64,000 bases of DNA from the NCBI GenBank assembly GCA_040954595.2, contig JBECUI020000025.1, positions 372,001 to 436,000 of the forward strand, given 5' to 3'. The stretch's first letter is position 1. Each line of letters starts with the position of its first letter. Below the pieces are notes generated by a model. That model did no database searches, was not told where the DNA came from, and saw only the letters and a program-made list of their open reading frames with translations. A program made the position numbers and the translations under genes. Origin of the DNA: Balanoglossus misakiensis. Lineage: Eukaryota; Animalia; Hemichordata. Positions 57,729 through 64,000 of this stretch are shown here, in pieces.

Positions 57729-58961
57729 CTACATAGCACGTATGCCGGCTTCCGCTGCTTCCTGCATGCCCGCTGCTGCCTGCTGGGGCGTAGAACTCCC
57801 GGCAAGCACCGCATTTAATTCAGGCTTCATTGCATCCCATATTGCACGCATTTCCACGACAGACGGCATAGGAGTACCAAACTGAACCTGTGCAGCTGAA
57901 TTTCTGAGTATCTCATCTCCTGCTCGTACTACATTTGAATCCAGAACTTGCAATAATGCGGGAAGTCGCTTAAAGGTGTTGAGCATCTCTATCTGAATTG
58001 CCTCAGATGTAACAAAGGCAATAAACTGCTTAATTGCTTCACGTTTTGCACCTACAACACCATCAGCTACCATGAAGTACTTACCGGATGTATAGGGTGC
58101 CGGATACAGACCCGTTTCCGAAGATGCCGGAAGCGGCGCAACGGCGAAGTCATCGCCAAGTACACTGCTGTAATCGCCTAATGCCCAGTCCCCGTTTATA
58201 ATCATGCCTGCCTTGCCTTCCTTAAACAATGTGTCCATAGTACTGTAGTCAGACTCGGGAGGAACAATTTTATGTGTGTACTTCAAGTCGTAGAGGAACT
58301 GTAAGGTCGAAACCATAGCTCTGGTATTAAGTGTTGGGGTTACCCCGTCCTCGGCAAATACCTTTCCGCCAAAGGCACCTAGCCAGGGTACAAGCCAGAA
58401 TGGTTCTAACTGATTGTACACTAATCCGTAGGTATCTCCACTCGTCAAATTCTTTCCCATACGGATAAACTCTTCGGTGTTGGTCGGAGCTACTTCCACA
58501 AGTTTCTTGTTATACATAAGCATAAGATGATTACCGCTGGATATTGGAACGCCATAGATTTGACCATCAAAAGCGACTGATTCAATAAATGCATTGCTGT
58601 CATAGAGATCATCAACTGGTGATATTAATCCGGCTGCGGTAAAAGGACCGGCATGGTCATTAACTGTCCATAATAATTCAGGCGGAGTACCGGCAAAACT
58701 TGCTGTCTGGAAATCCTCTCGCAAAGCCTCGGTATCTTTCGTTACCGTCTCAATGGTAATGCCCGGATTGTCTGCCATAAAACGATCGGTTAGATCAACT
58801 ATCCAGTTATATACCCCTTCCGATTCACCTTCCTGCGTCCATAGAACAAAGTGCACTGCCCCATCGGAAGCGGCTGCATCTTCTCCTGAACCACCCATTT
58901 GCACAAGTAAAAAAATTGCAAGAGTAAACATGCAAACTGAACGTATAATATTATTCATCAT
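57729..58961 (-). CDS. Sugar ABC substrate-binding protein (MalE/CUT1 family)
   Basis: LMYNKKLV, FKEGKAGMIINGDW, PMPSVVEMRAIW; GAGGGGGG RBS before ATG 58961. Confidence 0.9.
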   Translation of the reverse strand: MMNNIIRSVCMFTLAIFLLVQMGGSGEDAAASDGAVHFVLWTQEGESEGVYNWIVDLTDRFMADNPGITIETVTKDTEALREDFQTASFAGTPPELLWTVNDHAGPFTAAGLISPVDDLYDSNAFIESVAFDGQIYGVPISSGNHLMLMYNKKLVEVAPTNTEEFIRMGKNLTSGDTYGLVYNQLEPFWLVPWLGAFGGKVFAEDGVTPTLNTRAMVSTLQFLYDLKYTHKIVPPESDYSTMDTLFKEGKAGMIINGDWALGDYSSVLGDDFAVAPLPASSETGLYPAPYTSGKYFMVADGVVGAKREAIKQFIAFVTSEAIQIEMLNTFKRLPALLQVLDSNVVRAGDEILRNSAAQVQFGTPMPSVVEMRAIWDAMKPELNAVLAGSSTPQQAAAGMQEAAEAGIRAM

Positions 58962-58989
58962 AAGTCCCCCCTCGAAAATAGTATCACGC

Positions 58990-59055
58990 ATTGTAGCATA
59001 TTATATCGTTCATTGCAAGAGTATGCTTGCAACAGCGCTAAAAATATGATATTAT
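58990..59055. promoter_or_regulatory. Back-to-back divergent sigma70-type promoters
   Basis: Minus: TTGCAA(59018-59013)-N17-TACAAT. Plus: TTGCAA(59027-59032)-N17-TATTAT. Both have extended TG. Confidence 0.55.
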
Positions 59056-59064
59056 TGTTTTTAA

Positions 59065-59556
59065 ATGAAAGATACATCCTTGAACGCTTGCAAAGGCATT
59101 TTCTTCTGCATATTGCTGTTAACATTGCTGTTGATCTGTATCCCTCTTTCGGCACAACCAAATGATGCTGAATTACAGTTGAAAGATGACTACGCTATTG
59201 GCGGGTACGATGTAGTGGCATATTTTACAATGCAAGAAGCAGTGCCGGGAAATGCATTGTTTCGTCATGAATGGGATGGAAAGATATGGCTGTTTAGCTC
59301 CGAAGAGCATAGGGTTCTGTTTCAAGAAAATCCCGACACCTACGCTCCCCAGTACGGTGCGTACTGTGCATATGCTATGGCACATAACTACCTTGCACCC
59401 ATCGATCCGGAGGCATGGAATCTGTACGAGGATCGATTATATCTCAACTTTAATACGAACTATCGAGATAAATGGCTGGAGAAAAAAGTGGAATATATTC
59501 AAGCAGGAGATGCGAACTGGCTGGTTAAAAAAGAAGAAATTCAAACATCACCATGA
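59065..59556 (+). CDS. Exported YHS-domain protein
   Basis: AIGGYDVVAYF, WLFSSEEH..F..NP..YAPQYGAYCAYAM, DPEAW. Confidence 0.88.
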   Translation: MKDTSLNACKGIFFCILLLTLLLICIPLSAQPNDAELQLKDDYAIGGYDVVAYFTMQEAVPGNALFRHEWDGKIWLFSSEEHRVLFQENPDTYAPQYGAYCAYAMAHNYLAPIDPEAWNLYEDRLYLNFNTNYRDKWLEKKVEYIQAGDANWLVKKEEIQTSP

Positions 59557-59624
59557 ATAAACTTTACTGACTTATGGAATACCTATATTAATTGGGGTCG
59601 TGGATTCTGATTACAAAATACAGA

Positions 59625-59880
59625 CTATCCAAATATTTTTTTGAAAGTATCCACAGACTACCTAAACCCATCTATATATGTACCACCTTCAGGAGCATAT
59701 ACACTTTCAAGCGTTATCGCACCAGAATATCCATCGTCCTTAAGAGCCCTTGCAATCGGTTCCAAATAGGGTCTCATCTCCCCTTCTCCTAAAGGACAGC
59801 AAGTAACCTCTGCCTTAGGAATGTCGACAGTAACATCTTTCATATGAATATGTCCAAGAACATCTTTTATCTCATTGAGG
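59625..59880 (-). pseudogene. 3' remnant of a sugar-phosphate isomerase/epimerase (xylose isomerase-like TIM barrel)
   Basis: DVLGHIHMKD...PLGEG...GYSGAITLES...GFR*SVDTFKKIFG*. The 5' part is missing and there is an internal TAG at 59658-59660. Confidence 0.7.
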
Positions 59881-60028
59881 GACGATTTTTTTCTAACATA
59901 TCTTTCTTAGTCGCTAGCATGAGTGCAAGTGTTCCGTTTTCGGCTCCACTTAAACTAACAGAACTTGAATTTCTTTTACATAGCCATTGGGATAAGTGAT
60001 TGAACCAAAGTTAAGTATTTTTATTTTC

Positions 60029-60979
60029 TTAATTCCCAGAATCAATCAAAGAGTCTAGCTTCTCTAGGTTTTTTACTAATAATTCAATGAACTGATCTCT
60101 TTTAACATCAATCAGTACATTTACATTTGGAGGATTTTCCATAATTTTTCTATTATCTGCAACTGTCATCCCTCTAGTAATGCTTCCTTGAGTCTCCACT
60201 TTTATTGAGTGTTTTGTAGATGTAAATAACTCAGGAGCAATCAGCCAGACTGCAGCACAGGGATCATGCAGGGCACTTCCATCATATCCGAATTTTTTTG
60301 AATATATTGAATAAAAGTCTAATAGTTCTGCTGTGAATTTTGACGCTCTACCCTTATCTCTTAACTTGTCCCATTCCTCTTTATATATCATGGCTTTATC
60401 AGTTACATCCAACCCACTCATAGTAATTGGCACACCAGAATCATATACAACTTCAGCAGCCTCGGGATCAACGTATACATTAAACTCAGCAGCTCTAGTA
60501 ATATTTCCTCGAATTAGACCTCCACCCATGAATGATATCTCTTGGATATTATCTTTTATCGAAGGATTCTTCATAAATAGCTTTGCTAAATTTGTCAGAG
60601 GACCAAGTGCCAAAATTGTAATTTTTTCAACACTCTGAAGAATCAATTCTTCCATAAAAATTACACCATTTTTTGAAACAGGCTTTATTGAAGGTTCAGA
60701 TAAGACTGGTCCATCCATCCCAGTTTCTCCATGAGCTTCGGCTCCAGTCTCCAATTCTCTGTTTAATGGTTTAGATTCACCCATTGCAACAGGTATATTA
60801 CTTTTTGTCAGCTCTATGATTTTTAACATATTGTTAGTAACTTTTTCCAAGGACTGATTCCCAGCGACTGTTACAATTCCAAGAATTTCAAATTCTTCAG
60901 GCATAGCCAGCAAAGACATTATTGCCATAGCATCATCATGACCCGGATCTGTATCTATAATTATTTTTCTTCTACTCAT
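60029..60979 (-). CDS. Inosine/uridine-preferring nucleoside hydrolase (Rih family)
   Basis: IIDTDPGHDDA, HGETG, LGPLTNLA, AEFNVYVDPEAA, LHDP. Confidence 0.95.
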   Translation of the reverse strand: MSRRKIIIDTDPGHDDAMAIMSLLAMPEEFEILGIVTVAGNQSLEKVTNNMLKIIELTKSNIPVAMGESKPLNRELETGAEAHGETGMDGPVLSEPSIKPVSKNGVIFMEELILQSVEKITILALGPLTNLAKLFMKNPSIKDNIQEISFMGGGLIRGNITRAAEFNVYVDPEAAEVVYDSGVPITMSGLDVTDKAMIYKEEWDKLRDKGRASKFTAELLDFYSIYSKKFGYDGSALHDPCAAVWLIAPELFTSTKHSIKVETQGSITRGMTVADNRKIMENPPNVNVLIDVKRDQFIELLVKNLEKLDSLIDSGN

Positions 60980-61905
60980 TTTGATTCCTTTAATCTACCT
61001 TTTTTTCTGGTATGTGAAATTGCATATGCAGATAGGCCGATTAAAGTACCCCAATATGGGAGCGTATTAAGAAGTTCTGCCGGGATATTTACAATTTGCA
61101 ATGTGTTCGAGAGTGCATCTGTCATTCCAAAAATGAAAGCTGTAATCGTGGTTTTTAATACGGATCCTCCTCCCATAGCTTCAGAAGCGAGTGCTATCCA
61201 ACCTCTTCCTGCCGACATATTCCTTGAAAACCATGAAACATAACCCATTGAGAGAAATGCTCCACCTAAAGAGGCCAATACACCACTTAATATCAAAGCA
61301 AGGAATTTGATTTTATATACATCAATGCCAACAGATTTTGCAGCATCAGGATTTTCACCAACTGCTTTAATCCATGCTCCCAATGGTGTGTGTTTTAATA
61401 AATACCAAACACCAAGAACTGCAATAAAACATATGTATGTGAGAAGATTATGACCTGAAAAGATTGGACCTATAACAGGAATATTCTCAAAGAGATGAAT
61501 GTTTATTTGGGGAAAAACTTTACTGGGCAAAGAAGCAGATGTTCCTTTATCTCCAGTTACAAGATATAGGATAAAAATCGATCCGCCATCAGCAAAAAGA
61601 TTGATTGCTATTCCTCCGAGAATAATATGTGTTTTCAATTTTAGAGTGAACCATGCCAGAATGGATGAAATCATAATTCCGACAAGTATAGCTCCGATTA
61701 ATCCGACTAGAACACTTCCTGTAAAGCTACTGAATATGACACCTCCCAGAGCTGCAAGTAACATTATTCCCTCTAGCCCAATATTTACAATTCCAGCTCT
61801 ATCTGAAATTAGTGCTCCCATTGCAGCAAATATAATAGGTGTACTAACTCGAATTATTGAAAATGCAAAATCTGATGTAAAAATTAAATCTGTAAATATA
61901 TTCAT
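60976..61905 (-). CDS. Nucleoside ABC permease (NupC-like)
   Basis: GIVNIGLEG, AVGENPDAA.SVGI, GRGWIALA, LPY. Confidence 0.9.
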   Translation of the reverse strand: MNIFTDLIFTSDFAFSIIRVSTPIIFAAMGALISDRAGIVNIGLEGIMLLAALGGVIFSSFTGSVLVGLIGAILVGIMISSILAWFTLKLKTHIILGGIAINLFADGGSIFILYLVTGDKGTSASLPSKVFPQINIHLFENIPVIGPIFSGHNLLTYICFIAVLGVWYLLKHTPLGAWIKAVGENPDAAKSVGIDVYKIKFLALILSGVLASLGGAFLSMGYVSWFSRNMSAGRGWIALASEAMGGGSVLKTTITAFIFGMTDALSNTLQIVNIPAELLNTLPYWGTLIGLSAYAISHTRKKGRLKESK

Positions 61906-62945
61906 CTCTCAGCCGCCTTAAGTAGTTGTCTCTGTCTCCAGTAAAATAAAAATCTTTCTGCAGAAACCAGTAGGATTATTACGGCCTGTACAATTGATAC
62001 CATTTCAGCTGGAACATCGCTTTGCCATGCCATGATATCTGCTCCAATTCTGATGTAGGCAATGAATAGTGCTGCCCCAAGGACGGAAAGAGGCTTATTC
62101 CTTGCCAATATTGCAACAAGAGCCCCATCAAAACCAAGTCCAGGAAGTGATGCCCACCTGAATCTGTTATACATACCTAAAACTTCAACAGAACCACCAA
62201 GTCCAGCCAATGCTCCAGCAATTAGATGTGCAATGAGAATGAGTTTTACAGAACTAAAACCAGAATATTCTGTATAACTTTTGTTCATACCAAACAGTTT
62301 GAGAATGTATCCCCATTTAGTGTGATTAAAGAATATATAAACAAGAGCTACTGCGACTAAACAGATAATAAGACCTATATGTATTCTTGTACCGGGAAAC
62401 AACAGATTTAATCTAGCAGTATCGGCAAATTTCAATGATGCAATTTCTGTAAGATTCTTATCTCTTATATAATAATTTAAAAAATATAGACCGACTCCTG
62501 CTAAAATACTATTAAGCATAAGGGATGATACCAACTCACTGGCATTCCATTTTGCTTTTAAGATTCCCGGAATAAAAGCCACTGTCATTCCGACTAAAAC
62601 TCCAAGGAAAATTCCCACTATTGGATGAAAAAATTTTGATTGTATAGGTAGCAGTACTGCAATAAATGCAACTGTCAGTCCACTAATATAAAAGATTCCT
62701 TCTGCACCTAAATTAAATAGATTTGCCCGAAATAGAATTGCAGTTGATAATCCGGCAAAAACTAATGGTATCATCAATTCAATTACATTACCCATATAAC
62801 GCATATGTTTGAATGGACCCAATAGAAGTAAACTCATTGTCTTTAATGGTGTTTCACTGACAAATAGAATTAGCAAAAAAGCCAATCCCAATGCAATCAG
62901 GATTGCCAGCAGTGTTCTGACTCTATTAAATGACTGGTCTTTCAT
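61902..62945 (-). CDS. Nucleoside ABC permease (NupB-like)
   Basis: LFNLGAEG, ELVSSLMLN, GALAGLGG, GFDGALVAILARNKP. Confidence 0.9.
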   Translation of the reverse strand: MKDQSFNRVRTLLAILIALGLAFLLILFVSETPLKTMSLLLLGPFKHMRYMGNVIELMIPLVFAGLSTAILFRANLFNLGAEGIFYISGLTVAFIAVLLPIQSKFFHPIVGIFLGVLVGMTVAFIPGILKAKWNASELVSSLMLNSILAGVGLYFLNYYIRDKNLTEIASLKFADTARLNLLFPGTRIHIGLIICLVAVALVYIFFNHTKWGYILKLFGMNKSYTEYSGFSSVKLILIAHLIAGALAGLGGSVEVLGMYNRFRWASLPGLGFDGALVAILARNKPLSVLGAALFIAYIRIGADIMAWQSDVPAEMVSIVQAVIILLVSAERFLFYWRQRQLLKAAER

Positions 62946-64000
62946 ATTTTCAAATCTTTCTGTTTTAAACCGAGCATATATAAACCTAGCTCCTTTTCAT
63001 TCAAATCTGAGATATCATCAAACCGTGCAGTAACCTTCCCTTCAAACATGACGATTACACTTGTGCACAAAGCCAAAATCTCATTCAAATCTGCAGAGAC
63101 CATTAATATAGCTGTATCTTTCTGACTTAATTCGACTATTTTGTGATGGATACTTTGAGCTGCTCCAACATCAACACCTCGTGTGGGCTGATCTGCAATT
63201 AATATTTTTGGAGAATTAGAACATTCCCTGGCGACAACAACTTTTTGAATATTTCCTCCAGAGAGTAAACCCACATGACTATTAACATCCGGGCATAATA
63301 TCCCAAACGCTTCAACTTTCTCATGTGCATAATCAGAAATTGCAGCCCTTTTGAGAAAACCATTTTTAGCGAAATCTACATGCTCTATTTGATTTGTAAT
63401 TAGATTTTCCCAGATTGAACCTTGAACTGCACATCCATCCTTCATGCGATCTTCAGGTATGTATGAAACACCCCAGGATCTTACTTTGTGAATACCTTGT
63501 GCATGCAAATCATTATTTCCAATCCGAATAGTACCAGCTGTCATCTTCTCACGCCCTGTAAGAATCTGAATTAATTCTGTTTGGCCATTACCTTCTACAC
63601 CGGCAATTCCCAGTATCTCACCTTGTCTTAGAGTGAAGTTCAAATCATTAAGCAATTTTTTACCGCTATTACTTGACAGAGCTAACTGAGAAACATCAAG
63701 AACAACCTTCCCAAATTTTTGCTTCTCTTTTTTACTGGTTTTAATTAGATTTTTTCCAATCATACACTTAGAGATCTCTTCTTCAGAGACATCTTTAGTC
63801 AAATAAGAACCTGTCACTTCACCCTTTCTTATGATTGTAACTCGATCACTTATAGCTTTTACTTCCTTAAGCTTGTGAGAAATAAATACAATCGTATGAC
63901 CTTTATCTTTTAATTGTAATAATTCATCAAATAATTCATCGGTTTCCTGTGGAGTTAAAACAGCTGTGGGTTCATCCAATATTAAAATCTTTGCCCCTCG
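62942..64000 (-). CDS. Nucleoside/sugar (CUT2) ABC ATP-binding protein (5' part outside window)
   Basis: ILILDEPTAVLT, FISHKL, GIAGVEGNGQ, LSGGNIQK, QPTRGVDVGA. Confidence 0.93.
   Translation of the reverse strand, partial: RGAKILILDEPTAVLTPQETDELFDELLQLKDKGHTIVFISHKLKEVKAISDRVTIIRKGEVTGSYLTKDVSEEEISKCMIGKNLIKTSKKEKQKFGKVVLDVSQLALSSNSGKKLLNDLNFTLRQGEILGIAGVEGNGQTELIQILTGREKMTAGTIRIGNNDLHAQGIHKVRSWGVSYIPEDRMKDGCAVQGSIWENLITNQIEHVDFAKNGFLKRAAISDYAHEKVEAFGILCPDVNSHVGLLSGGNIQKVVVARECSNSPKILIADQPTRGVDVGAAQSIHHKIVELSQKDTAILMVSADLNEILALCTSVIVMFEGKVTARFDDISDLNEKELGLYMLGLKQKDLKI

Overview
A compact, gene-dense bacterial chromosome segment, most likely from a spirochete. This is inferred from the gene neighbourhoods polA-flgN-fliS, murC-yicC-cmk, murD/femX/metG and hflKC-murE-ddl, a long PPi-PFK and a stand-alone rpsD. 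It is mostly housekeeping: polA, ftsK, valS, metG, mur genes, aroDE, nrdAB, dapL and sugar, peptide and nucleoside ABC systems. No rRNA, tRNA, CRISPR array or intact mobile element was seen. The standout is a minus-strand operon at 30.6-40.8 kb. It encodes a DAACS (GltP-like) protein with altered transport motifs, a family-3 amino-acid-binding protein, a ~1,300-aa fusion of a second degenerate DAACS domain to a dCache(amino-acid motif)-HAMP-class III adenylate cyclase, an Asp/Glu-family racemase, and a Dpp-type permease/SBP set with no ATPase. This is a candidate amino-acid-sensing 'transceptor' cAMP system. Other notable signals: a class Ic (Mn/Fe-type) RNR whose NrdA C-terminal CxxC appears replaced by SxxS, a candidate ~120-nt sRNA, many apparently leaderless transcripts, a 13-copy acidic-repeat membrane protein, three homopolymer frameshifts (metG, hflK) that are probably sequencing errors, and a lower-GC nucleoside-uptake island from ~59.6 kb.
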